NCBI RefSeq assembly: GCF_963921235.1
Contig: NC_086106.1
Coordinates: 33,728,001 to 33,792,000 of the forward strand
Direction of reading: 5' to 3'
Source of the DNA: Mobula hypostoma
Lineage: Eukaryota
DNA length: 64,000 bases
Of the stretch, positions 14,110 through 26,000 are shown one piece after another. A model generated the notes under the pieces. That model was not told where the DNA came from, did no database searches, and saw only the letters and a list, made by a program, of their open reading frames with translations. How positions within the stretch are numbered: position 1 is the first letter of the stretch; every line of letters starts with the position of its first letter. The position numbers and the translations under genes were made by a program.

Positions 14110-14820
14110 GAGTTAGTGTTAAATTACAAAGTTCAAGTTTCAAAGTAAATTTATTATAAAAAAAACATACATCGGCATATACAACTCTGAGATTCGTTTC
14201 CTTGTGGGCATTCTCAGTAAATCCAAGAAACAACAGAATCAATAAAAGATTGCACCCAACAGGATGAACAACCAACCAATGTTCAAAATGGACCAAACTA
14301 TGCAAATACAAAGGGGAAAAATAAAGAAATAATAATGATAAGAGTCCTTGAAAGTGAATCATTGAGTTGTGGGAACAGTTCGGTGATGGGCTGAGTGAAG
14401 TCGAGTGAAGCTATATCAATTGGTTCAACAGTCTGATGGTTGAGGGATAATAACTGTTCGTGAACCTGTTGGCGTGTGTCCCGAGGCTCCTGTACCTTCT
14501 TCCTAATTGCAGCAGGGAGACGAGAGCATTGTCTGGGAGGTGGGGGTCCCTGATGATGGATGCTGCCTTCTCGCGACAGCTCTCCGTGTAGATGTGCTGA
14601 ATGGTGGGGAGCGTTTTACCCTTGATAGACTGGGTCGTATCCATTACCTTTCGTAAGGCTTACCGTCAAAGGACGTTGCTGTTTCTGTACCAGGTCGTGA
14701 TGAAACCATTCGATATATTTTCCACCACAGACCTACAGAAGTTTGTCAAAGTTTTAGATGACACGCCGAATTTTCTCAAGCTTCTGAAAAAAAGTGGAGG
14801 CACCGCAGAATGCTGAAGTG
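14110..14820 (-). mobile_element. Rex1/L2-type LINE 3' fragment (duplicated at about 27575-28290)
   Basis: ORF 14411-14644 'IIRDPHLPDNALVSLLQLGRRYRSLGTHANRFTNSYYPSTIRLLN' plus 3' tail 'caaagttcaagtttcaaagtaaattt'. Confidence 0.7.
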
Positions 14821-14987
14821 AGAATTTAAAATTATCGGTGAACATCTCAACCAGTTGAGCATCACAGGTTTTTAACAGTCAGCCTTGTAACCAATCTGTG
14901 GTCTGTGTGAGTTCGTAAAGGATCATCCATGTTTTAATGGTCAAAGTGAACATAGAATACACTGAGCCCATCCGGGAACTAAGCTTT

Positions 14988-15510
14988 TGTCAGTACCTCC
15001 AGTGGAACTTTGTCTTATTGTGCGTTTCCCCCTTAGCCGTCAGTCTGTGGTTTGGTATTCCCATGTGCTCTTGTTTGTTTTCATGCCCCATGTGCTCCTG
15101 TCCCAGCTCCTGCTCTACTCCGGCCCCTGTATTACTGAGTACTCCACCTCTCACCTGTTTCTCTTTATTCTCTATTTTGCTGCCACTTCTGTCGCGTTGT
15201 GCTCCACCTATCATCTGCCTCTCTGTGTTTTGCTCAGTGTATTTTAGTCCTGTGTTTTCACCTGATTGTTGCCAGACTGTGGCAGTGAATTTTCCTGAGC
15301 CTTTCCAGCATTCGTATCTGAGCTCTGTCCGTCGGAATATCGACTCTGCCTATTTCCCTGACTCTGGTTTTCGGATTTCTTTGGATATTTTGATCTCTGC
15401 CTGAACTTTGACGCCGACTTTGTTTGCACCTAGGGATTTGTTACTCAATTAACAGTACTGTGTGCACAGCACGGGGTCTGAGATTGAATCACTGCTCCGG
15501 CGTCCTGACA
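14988..15510. mobile_element. Solo LTR of a second family (copy A)
   Basis: TGTCAG...CTGACA termini; flanks GCTTT/GCGTT (near-TSD); same element at 28447-28969. Confidence 0.6.
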
Positions 15511-15800
15511 GCGTTGTTATCACAAATATCGCCGTGTTTTCACTTTGTAAGAGGAAATGACATTAAGTACTTGTCACAGTGGTCGAGCATCCTTCCGTGG
15601 TTAAGTTTGGTCCGAAATTGTCACGTTTTGCCGTGAAATGGCTTTCAGGAGATTGTATCTGAACCTTTTGTATTTTGTTTGGTCGCTAGACCTGAATGCC
15701 ACTGATCTGGCCCTCAGCAGATTGCGGATCTCATCGTTTATACAGGGCTTCTGATTGGGCATAACTGTCTTCAAAAAATTTGAATGAAGTCCCCGACTAT

Positions 15801-16160
15801 NNNNNNNNNNNNNNNNNNNNNNNNNNNNNNNNNNNNNNNNNNNNNNNNNNNNNNNNNNNNNNNNNNNNNNNNNNNNNNNNNNNNNNNNNNNNNNNNNNNN
15901 NNNNNNNNNNNNNNNNNNNNNNNNNNNNNNNNNNNNNNNNNNNNNNNNNNNNNNNNNNNNNNNNNNNNNNNNNNNNNNNNNNNNNNNNNNNNNNNNNNNN
16001 NNNNNNNNNNNNNNNNNNNNNNNNNNNNNNNNNNNNNNNNNNNNNNNNNNNNNNNNNNNNNNNNNNNNNNNNNNNNNNNNNNNNNNNNNNNNNNNNNNNN
16101 NNNNNNNNNNNNNNNNNNNNNNNNNNNNNNNNNNNNNNNNNNNNNNNNNNNNNNNNNNNN
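15801..16160. other. Assembly gap (360 N)
   Basis: Run of N. Confidence 1.
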
Positions 16161-17181
16161 NGGGTTGTTGACATTGGTTAATGGTTAAATTGTCTCTTTA
16201 TAGGAGGCATATAAAAGTAAAAACACACTTTTAAGGTAAACGAAGTAAAAGGGTGAAAGGATTGCAAGGGATCCAGATTGATTTTATCTCTAAGGGAATG
16301 CCGATTGCCTAGAATTCAGTGTCCAAAGGGAGCGGTGAAACAGAGTCGTTGACAGTATTTAAAATGTGTCTGGAGGAGCACAGGAGCGATCTCTGGGGCT
16401 TTGAGCCGAGTGCTGGAAAGTGAGATTAATACGGACATGTATTCACTGGTTAGCATGGCCCTGTAACATTGCTTCCCACATTGTCACCAAGCACGACCTT
16501 GAAAGAACGAACCATGGGTTTGTGCCTGATGGCGGCACTGTTGAAAAACAAACATTACGTTTATGTTCCTTCATCTGCCTTCTACAACCGCGAAAACACC
16601 AATTTCCGCCGCGCATCCCCCTTTAGCTTATCTGACCCAGTCCAGAATATTTACCACATCACTCGTCCTATCCTTGAAACCCAGTCAGACAGTTTTAAAA
16701 TTCTTGTCTCTCTTCTCAACTTTCTTTCCGATCTTATCCTTCCGATCTCTGTGAACTCTGACTCTGTCAATCTCCAAACCACGCTCAGTTCCCCGATCAT
16801 CTCCCACTGATCATCCCATACTTTGTCATGTTACAATTATCTTTTAAATGTCGAGGCCGTCCAATTCCTTCAGTGAACGTTGTGTTTTCTTAACATGGCC
16901 GCTATCTTTAAAAAAAAAACTACCCCATTGCTCCAGCTTGTGTAAATATCTCCAAATGAGTTTCAGTATAAATTGATTTTGATTCTGAGCAGGACACTGA
17001 ACGTAGAACATGGACACAGAACTGAGCAGTTCTTGGCCCAAATGTTGTGCCGATCAATATAAATCTACTGCACGATCGATCCCAGAAACCTCCATTTACC
17101 AAAACCTCCCAGAAACCTCCGTGTAGATGTGCTGAATGGTGGGGAGCGTTTTACCCTTGATAGACTGGGTCGTATCCATTA

Positions 17182-17352
17182 AAGGAAGTAGCAGCCGGTA
17201 GCCCCGGCATCGAGGACCTGCTCTCTCAGCTTCGGCAAACGGATAACGATCTCATCCTGGCGGCTAAGCTCGGCAAAGCCTTGCTGGAGAAGAACCAAGA
17301 GCTTACCAATCAGTACGAGATAATGCAGAGAGAGGTCACTGACAAACTAGAG
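17182..17352 (+). pseudogene. BICDL1: Captured fragment of a BICD-family-like cargo adaptor 1 (BICDL1/CCDC64) first coding exon
   Basis: Open frame KEVAAGSPGIEDLLSQLRQTDNDLILAAKLGKALLEKNQELTNQYEIMQREVTDKLE closely resembles the BICDL1 N-terminal coiled coil as I recall it (LLSVIRQKEKDLVLAARLGKALLERNQDMSRQYEQMHKELTDKLE). No start codon, and the match stops at GAG|gaaaga, which looks like a mutated gtaaga donor. Confidence 0.8.
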
Positions 17353-18334
17353 GAAAGATAATGTGGCAAATATAAGGGAATCCTCTCATCCTGCTCACCT
17401 CCCCTCTCCAAGCGTCTTTGACCCTGTTTCACATCGCATTCGTATTTCTGTTCAATTTGGTAGGGTCATTAACCATCGGTACCCCAACTTGTCATCCTTC
17501 TTATTCGTAACCACTACTATGTCATTGGACTCCACCGCTTCCCACACCATTGCATCCCATTTTTACGCTAATATATTGCGTCCACGACATTAACATCTCC
17601 CAGACTCGCCCTAATGCTGCGGGGACGCCTGAGTTCTGATGATCTGACGTCATTACATTGGCCCGGAACCTAATCCAAGACCCTCAAAAACTGGTAATAT
17701 ATTTGGAAATCCGCTCGTGTCCACGCTTTAATGTTCCATGATTAATCTCGAAAATGCTATTGAGACGTGTCGAATATATAAATTTAATAGCAATAATATT
17801 ACATAGTAAGGATAAGAAAAGTAGTTCACCCCCTTTCATCTTGAGGTACAGGGTCAGTCCTGGTTTCGGTGTGCATTGATCGTTGCAAGGGCTTTTAAAG
17901 GTGGTAACTCAGGAAAATGTTGTTGACGTGGTTAGACTACGAATGTAGCGTTTGTCCTTGCTGTTCGGCGCCTTCCCGAGGTTGGCAATGTCTGTTCTGA
18001 AATAGTATCTGTCTACCTGTTACAGATACCTGAAAACTACATGAGGCTCCGCTCCATTTTTTCACTTTCAGTCAAACAGGCGAAGTGGGCATGTCTTACT
18101 CATTCAAGCTTGGTTCAATGCTCAGACCTAATCAGTGTGCGGGATGTGCGCTATTTATATACAGCATGGTGGGGAAATGATTAGCAGCAAAATATTTCTT
18201 GTATGCAAATTAATATTTTGTCACAGGTTTTCTTACAGAATTTTAAAGATAATGAAGGAGAGTCAAAGTAGACAAGTTGTGGCGAAGGCTGTAATGGTGG
18301 GTTGGAAGGGAGGAGAATGGTATTATGGTAGTAG

Positions 18335-21027
18335 CGCAAACGCGAGGAATTCTGCAGATGCTGGAAATTCAAGCAACACACATCAAATTTGCTGGTGAAC
18401 GCAGCAGGCCAGGCAGCATCTCCAGGAAGCGTTACAGTCGACGTTTCGGGCCGAGACCCTTCGTCAGGACTAACTGAAGGAAGAGCTAGTAAGAGATTTA
18501 AAAGTGGGAGGGGGAGGGGGAGATCCAAAATGATAGGAGAAGACAGGACGGGGAGGGATGGAGCCAAGAGCTGGACAGGTGATTGGCAAAAGCGATATGA
18601 GAGGATCATGGGACAGGAGGCCCAGGGAGAAGGAAAGGTGTGTGTGTGTGGGGGGGTGGGGGGGAAGCACAGAAGATGGGTGAGAGGGACAGAGGGAGAA
18701 AAAGGACAGTGAGAGAAAGAATGTGTGTATATAAATAACGGATGGGGTACGAGGGGGAGGTGGGGCATTAGCGGAAGTTAGAGAAGTCAATGTTCATGCC
18801 ATCAGGTTGGAGGCTACCCAGACGGAATATAAGGTGTAGTTTTTCCAACCTGAGTGTGGCTTCATCTTTACAGTAGAGGAGGCCGCGGATAGACATGTCA
18901 GAATGGGAATGGGATGTGGAATTAAAATGTGTGGCCACTGGGAGATCCTGCTTTCTCTGGCGGACGTAGGTGTTCAGCAAAACGATCTCCCAGTCTGCGT
19001 CGGGTCTCGCCAATATATAGAAGATCACATCGGGAGCACCGGACGCAGTATATCACCCCAGCCGACTCACAGGTGAAGTGTCGCCTCACCTGGAAGCCCT
19101 GAATGGTGGTAAGGGCATGTGTAGCACTTGTTCCACGTGCAAGGATAAGTGCCAGGAGGGAGATCAGTGGGGTGGGATGGGGGGGGGGACGAATGGACAA
19201 GGGAGTCGCGTAGGGAGCGATCGTTGCAGAAAGCAGAGAGAGGAGGGAGGGAAAGATGTTGGTAGTGGTGGGATCCCGTTGGAGGTGCGGAAGTGACGGG
19301 GAATAATATGTTGGACCCGGAGGCTGGCGGGGTGGTAGGTGAGGACCAGGTGAACCCTATTCCTAGTGGGTTGGCGGGAGGATGGAGTGAGAGCAGATGT
19401 GCGTGAAATGGGGGAGATGCGTTTGAAAGCAGAGTTGATGGTGGAGGAAGGGAAGCCCCTTTCTTTAAAAAAGGAGGACATATCCCTCGTCCTGGAATGA
19501 AAAGCCTCATCCTGAGAGCAGATGCGGCGGAGACGGAGGAATTGCGAGAAGGGGATGGCATTTTTCAAGAGACAGGGTGAGATGAGGAATAGTCCAGACA
19601 GCTGTGAGAGTCAGTAGGCTTATAGTAGACATCAGTGGATAAGCTGTCTCCAGAGATAGAGACAGAAAGATCTAGAAAGGGGAGGGAGGTGTCGGAAATG
19701 GACTAGGTAAACTTGAGGGCAGGGTGAAAGTTGGAGGCAAAGTTAATAAAGTCAATGAGCTCAGCATGCGTGCAGGAAGCAGCTCCATTGCAGTCGTCGA
19801 TGTAGCGAAGGAAAAGTCGGGGACAGATACCAGAATAGGCACGGAACATAGATTGTTCCACAAAGCCAACAAAAAGGCAGGCATAGCTAGGACCTATGCG
19901 GGTACCCATAGGTACACCTTTAGTTTGGAGGAAGTGGGAGGAGCCAAAGGAGAAATTATTAAGAGTAAGGACTAATTCCGCTAGACGGAGCAGAGTGGTG
20001 GTAGAGGGGAACTGATTAGGTCTGGAATCCAAAAAGAAGCGTAAAGCTTTGAGACCTTCCTCATGGGGTATGCAAGTATATAAGGACTGGACATCCATGG
20101 TGAAAATAAAGCGCTGGGGGCTAGGGAACTTAAAATCCTCGAAAAGATTAAGAACGTGAGAAGTGTCACGAACATAGGTAGGAAGGGATTGACAAAGGGG
20201 GATAAAACCGTGTCGAGGTATGCAGAAATCAGTTCGGCGGGGCAGGAGCAAGCTGAGACAATATGTCTGCCAGGACAGGAAGGTTTGTGGATTTTGGGTA
20301 GGAGGTAGAAACGGGAAGTGCGAGGTGTGGAAACTATAAGGTTCGTAGCAGTGGATGGGAGATCCCCTGAACGGATAAATTCTGTGATGGTGTGGGAGAC
20401 AATGGCCTGGTGCTCCTTAGTGGGGTCACGATCGAGGGGTAAATAAGAGGAGGCATCCGCGAGTTGCCGTTGTGCCTCGGCAAGGTAGAGGTCAGTACGC
20501 CAGACTACAACAGCAACCCCCCCCCCCCCCCTTATCGGCGGGTTTAATAGTAAGGTTAGGATTAGTGCGGAGGGAGTGGAGAGCAGAGGGTTCGGAAGGA
20601 GTGAGGGTGGAATTGGAACAAGGTGTGGTGAAGTCGAGACGGTTGATGTACCGTCGGTAGTTAGCAATAAAGAGATCCAGGGCAGGCAGAAGACCAGAGC
20701 GGGGTGTCCATGAAGAGGAGGAGGGTTGAAGACGGGAGAAGGGGTCATCGGTGGGTGTGGAAGAGTCCTTCTGCCTGCCCTGGATCTGTTTATTGCTAAC
20801 TGCCGACGGGACATCAACCGTCTTCAGGACAGGCAGAAGGACTCTTCCTCTTCTCACCCTGTTTCTATCAATTTGGATCTCCCCCTCCCCCTCCCACTTT
20901 TAAATCTCTTACTAGCTCTTCTTTCAGTTAGTCCTGACGAAGGGTCTCGGCCTGAAACGTCAACTGTACCTCTTCCTAGAGATGCTGCCTGGCCTGCTGC
21001 GTTCACCAGCAACTTTGATGTGTGTTG
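18335..21027 (-). mobile_element. Penelope-like element (RT + GIY-YIG endonuclease) with inverted terminal repeats
   Basis: RT motifs 'FTMDVQSLYTCIPH', 'GVPMGTRIGPSYACLFVG', 'FLRYIDD' (19703-20251); GIY-YIG 'GVIYCVRCSRCDLLYIGETRRRLGDRFAEH' (18922-19200); about 170-bp inverted ends 18374-18540 / 20860-21027. Confidence 0.9.
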
Positions 21028-22459
21028 ATCTAAGATGTTAAGACCTATTTGATTCAGGGAATGATGTTAAAATGAGGGTTTCTGGTGACCTCAGAAGGGT
21101 TTTTCTGCGACTGTTAGAAGGTGCTGTTACGGAACCGGCAACAATGAATATCAATCGAGACAGGTGGTATAAAAACAACCAAACATTTATTAAACAGGGA
21201 TGAACAATAAAAAAAAACACAAACGAAAACCTTAACTGGAAGTTAACCGCTATGCAGCCGTTCAACAAATCGTCACTCGACACTGGTTCTTAAAGCGTTA
21301 AATGCGGGAACAGTTCTTAAAGCGGTAAAGTCGGATATAGTTCTTAAAATGGTAAATTCGAAAGTCCAATAGATTTATACGTTCAAATGGGAGAGATTTC
21401 TCTGGAGAAGGGTTTCTTCATAGAAACGACTTTCCTGCTGGTTCTGTCCAAAGGACTCACGATGCAGGAAATAAACAGTTTAAAACAACTGACCTTAAAT
21501 CCTAGAGAGCAAACCTTTGCATGAACTACATGCCTTTTGGCAAGAGTTATCTCGATGCAGGTCGCTACTCCTTCAACGAAGACTCAATAAGATCGATCCT
21601 TTGTTAAATTGCCGAAGGATACTGACTCCTCTCAATCCATTCTGGTTCTGTACTCCGATAAAGTCTTCACTCTCCCGTACTACTGCTGGAAAAAGGTACA
21701 TCAACACATCTAGCAAAAATTGCCAATCCAGGACTATTGTACCTTTCAACAGAACGTTACACTCCGTTTTGAAAACGAAACTGCGTCATCCAATAAACAC
21801 ACAACAGAAATGGAGATGCAGTCGCAGGTTCTAGCTGGAAAACTAAAAACTAAAACACTAGCTGCGTCATTTGTGGTCTTTCCTTATATACCCGTGGCGC
21901 ACATGTCATCACGTGACCTCACATCGGCGTGAAAATTACATCAGGTGACCTCCAAAAGACCATTACATCGTTCTCACAAAAAAAAATCACAGATCTCCTT
22001 AAGGTATGTAACACCTCCCTCCAAAAAAAATCTGGTCTGTTAAAGAACAAAATTTTAACAATTAACAACTTATACAAAAAAATACAAAGGTATAAAATTT
22101 ACAACATACACAATATATACTGTCTTATCTTTCAGCAGTTTACAAACTAATATGCAGTAGGAGTGCTACAAATGTTAAAATACCACTCCATAAAAACAAT
22201 TTTTCATTGTACATTTAACATCTCGATAGACAATCAGTGATCACACTATCTTTACCCTTAAGATGAGTGATCAAAATATTGTACCCCTGTAACATTAAAC
22301 TGCATTATTAAATTGGAATTTAATTTCCTTAACCATTTTCCTTAACAGTCACAGTGGTATGACCAAATTCACTTTTAGCTAAGTTAATAGTTAAGTTAGC
22401 TTTTGAAGGTCTCTCAAATAGTTTCTCTAACGCCGTAATATGTGTTTTCTACGTATTAG

Positions 22460-23072
22460 TCATATTCATAGTCATACTTTATTGATCCCGGGGGAAACTG
22501 ATATTCATTACAGTTGCACCATAAATAATAAATAGTAATAGAACCATAAATAGTTAAATAGTAATATGTAAATTATGCCATTAAATTATGAAATAAGTCC
22601 AGGACCAGCCTATTGGCTCAGGGTATCTGACCCTCCAAGGGAGGAGTTGTAAAGTTTGATGGCCACAGGCAGGAATGACTTCCTATGACGCTCTGTGCTG
22701 CATCTCGGTGGAATGAGTCTCTGGCTGAATGTACTCCTGTGCCCACCCAGTACATTATGTAGTGGATGGGAGACATTGACCAATATGGCATGCAACTTAG
22801 ACAACATCCTCTTTTCAGACACCACTGTCAGAGAGTCAAGTTCCATCCCCACAACATCACTGGCCTTACGAATGAGTTTGTTGATTCTGTTGGTGTCTGC
22901 TACCCTCAGCCTGCTGCCCCAGCACACAACAGCAAAAATGATAGCACTGGCCACCACAGACTCGTAGAACATCCTCAGCATCATCCGGCAGATGTTAAAG
23001 GACCTCAGTCTCCTCAGGATATAGAGACGGCTCTGACCCTTCTTGTAGACAGCCTCAGTGTTCTTTGACCAG
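22460..23072 (-). mobile_element. Rex1/L2-type LINE 3' fragment inserted into the Gypsy RT
   Basis: 'WSKNTEAVYKKGQSRLYILRRLRSFNIC...SFLPVAIKLYNSS' is fused just after the Gypsy 'YIDDLVTGNN'; Gypsy RT resumes left of about 22455. Same family as 38690-39495. Confidence 0.85.
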
Positions 23073-26000
23073 GGATAGGGATTATTTCCTGTAACTAAAT
23101 CATCAATATAGGCATCTGTATCTTCCAAATGGAAGAGCATTATATTCATATAACCCAGACGGGGTTACAAATGCTGAAATCTCTCTACCTCTATCCGCCA
23201 ATGGTACACACCAAATAACCTTTTAACAACTCAATCTTTGTAAGGAATTTGGCTTGTCCAACTTTATCCACACAATCATCCTCCCTATGGATTGGATATC
23301 CATCAGTTTTTGTCACAGTATTTACCTTCCTGTAATCTATACAACAACCTAGTACTATTGTCCGGCTTAGGCACCATAACACACCATAACACACGGTGAA
23401 CTCCAATTCGAATTAGAATGTCTAATAATATCATTCTCTAACATATACTTAATTTCTTCTTCAGCAAGTTCACATTTTTCCCTGTTCATTCGATACGGAT
23501 GTTGTTTTATGGGTTTTGCATCTCCAGCATTTACATCATGTGTAGCTACGGTGGTTCTTCTAAGAACGTCTGGAAATAAATCTCTATATTTAAAAATTAA
23601 ATGTTTCATCTGTTCTCTCTTCGCTGGCTGTAAATGAGCTAATTTTTCATAAATATGTTCTGGAATTTTTGAATTTGGTAACCTGGCTGACATAATGATG
23701 GGTTTAAAATGAGTTTCAGATGTATCCTCCATTAAGTTTTTATCAAAATCAGACTCATTATTGATCACAACAGTCACAGTAGCAGCTTTTCTCTCATAAT
23801 ACGGTTTTATCATATTTATATGACACAGCTGTGTTGTCTTTCTTCGATCTGGGGTTTTTGTCACGTAATCCACATCATTTACTTTAGTCTTAATCTCAAA
23901 AGGACCATGAAATTTAGCTTGTAATGGGTTCGTTTGTACTGGGAAAAGAACCAACACCTTACCTCCAGGTTTAAATGACCTCATCCTAGCTTCCTTATCA
24001 TACCAAGTCTTCATCTTCTCTTGAGCTAACTTTAAATTTTCCTTGGCCAAGCTACAAGCTTTATATAATCTTCCTTTAAATTTTAAAACATAATCTAGCA
24101 AATTAGTGTATACCTCTTTATTAATCCACTGTTCCTACAATAAGGCCAAAGGTACTCGAACTCTATGCCCAAACACAAGTTCAAAAGGACTAAAACCTAA
24201 TGATTCCTGCACTACCTTTCTTACTGTAAAAAAGTAGTAAATGTATACCTTCATCCCAGTCCTTTTCATTTTCCACACAATATGTCCTAATCATAGTTTT
24301 TAATGTAGAATGAAATCTCTCCAAGGCTCCTTGTGATTCTGGATGATAAGTTGATGAAATAATCTGTTTTGCTCCCAGCTTAGAAACTATCTGCTAAAAC
24401 AATCCCGACATAAAATTACCACCTTGAACCGATTGTATTTCCTTAGGCAACCCAAAATAAGTAAAGAATTTTATAAAAGCCTTTGTCACAGTTTTGGCTG
24501 TTATATTCCTAAGAGGTACCTCCTCAGGAAACCTAGACGCTGTGCACATAATAGTTAACCAATATTGATGTCCATGTTTTAGTTTTTGGAAAAGGACCTA
24601 CACAGTCTACAATGATTTTTGAGAATGGCTCACCAAATACTGCATTGGTTGCAGTGGGGCCACTGGAGTAACCTGATTAGGTTTACCCATAATTTGCCAC
24701 GTATGACACGTTCTACAAAGTGTCGCCATATCGTTTCTTAAACTAGGCCAATAAAAATGTTTAGAAACTTTGTTCATAGTTTTCTTTACACCTACATGAC
24801 CACCCAAAGGAATACTATGAGCCATAGCTAAAATACATTTCGGTAAATTTTAGGAACTACTGCCTCATGATTAACTTCTCCTTCTTCACTAGCAGGAATT
24901 GTAGGCGATCTCCACTTTCTCATTAATACTCCGTTTTCAAAATAATATCCTACTGATACTTTTTCAATTTCACTATCTGGGAGAGCTTGTTCTTTTAATT
25001 TAACTATCTCCGGATCTCTACCCTGCTCTGTTATCATCTCCTTCTGAGATAAAGATAAATCTTCCTGGTCAGACTTAGCACCAAAATCCTGATCAAATAA
25101 TGTAGGTAAGAAAGTTTCTGATACATCCTTAAAATTCGAATCTTGATTTGAACTGTCATGGGTAACAACCTCATCCTTTACATCAGTCTTTTTAGCCATA
25201 GCTCTTGTTACAACATAGGAAGAATCTGTGTTAGAATCCCTCTGTGGTTCCTCAGAATTTGAATTTATTGTCAAATGCACTTCAGGAAAAACTTGTCCAC
25301 CTGCTAAATCATTTCCTAACAAATGAGAAACATCATTCACAGGTAAACTGGATTGTAGTCCTACTTTAACAACCTCTGTAACTAATCCTGACCTTAAATT
25401 TATTCTATGTAAATGTACTGGCATAAGGGCACTCCCAGCTCCTCTTATATAATTTACCTCAGCAATGTCAGACTCATCACTAAACTTTAGCACACTGTCT
25501 AATATTAGTTATTGAGAAGCTCCAGTATCTCTAAGTATTCTTATTGGTACTGAATAGGGTCCTTCTTTCAAGGATACAAATCCTTCTGTTATAAAATTTT
25601 CATATCCCCTCTTAACTTGATCAGACTCTGACACATCTTCGTTATTATTTCCTAAACCCTGTGAATTTCCAGGTGTTTCAATATGCTGCACACAAGCATC
25701 TGGGACTACTTCTTTCTATTTCTTTTTCAATCGAAAGCAATTAGCTACTGCATGTCCAGGTTTCTTACAATAATTACAAATAATACCAAAATGTCTTTCC
25801 TTCACATGCCTGCCTTCATCCTTACTTTTCTCACTAACATCAGGTTTTATTTCTGGTTTACCTTGAATCTCTGTGCTATTTTTCCTTTAAAAAAATTTAC
25901 CTGGAGAAAATTTATTCTTATGAATTAAAGCATATTCATCAGCTAATTTAGCAATCTCCTGCAATGTAGCAGTGTCCCTTTCATTTAAGTATGTCCTCAC

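Larger units (their letters stand above)
13066..17100 (+). repeat. Segmental duplication copy A (paralog of 21028-30290; carries a solo LTR instead of the provirus)
   Basis: Starts 'ctaagatgttaagacctatttgattcaggg' as at 21030; the sequence after the LTR (14038 onward) aligns colinearly with 27503 onward until '...gatcgatccca...catttac' (about 17099 / 30290). Confidence 0.92.

Noticed and set aside
14937-15404. 155-aa Cys/Ser-rich ORF conserved in both duplication copies (also 28375-28863)
   Set aside because: Lies within a pyrimidine-rich solo LTR; low-complexity open frame, not a gene.
15575-15581. CACAGTG heptamer (also in copy B near 29034)
   Set aside because: No nonamer at 12 or 22-23 nt and no adjacent V/D/J coding sequence.
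15780-16188. ORFs spanning N runs (also 51669-52330)
   Set aside because: Artefacts of translating assembly gaps.
16443-16535. Minus-strand peptide KPMVRSFKVVLGDNVGSNVTGPC* resembling the IgNAR secretory tail (KPSSVNVSVVLSDTVKSC)
   Set aside because: Not contiguous with a C domain (in-frame stop just upstream), the nearby acceptor is phase 2 and incompatible with C3, and it is 24 kb from C3; likely chance.
18203-18210. Isolated ATGCAAAT octamer
   Set aside because: No leader or V exon nearby; an 8-mer is expected by chance in 64 kb of AT-rich DNA.
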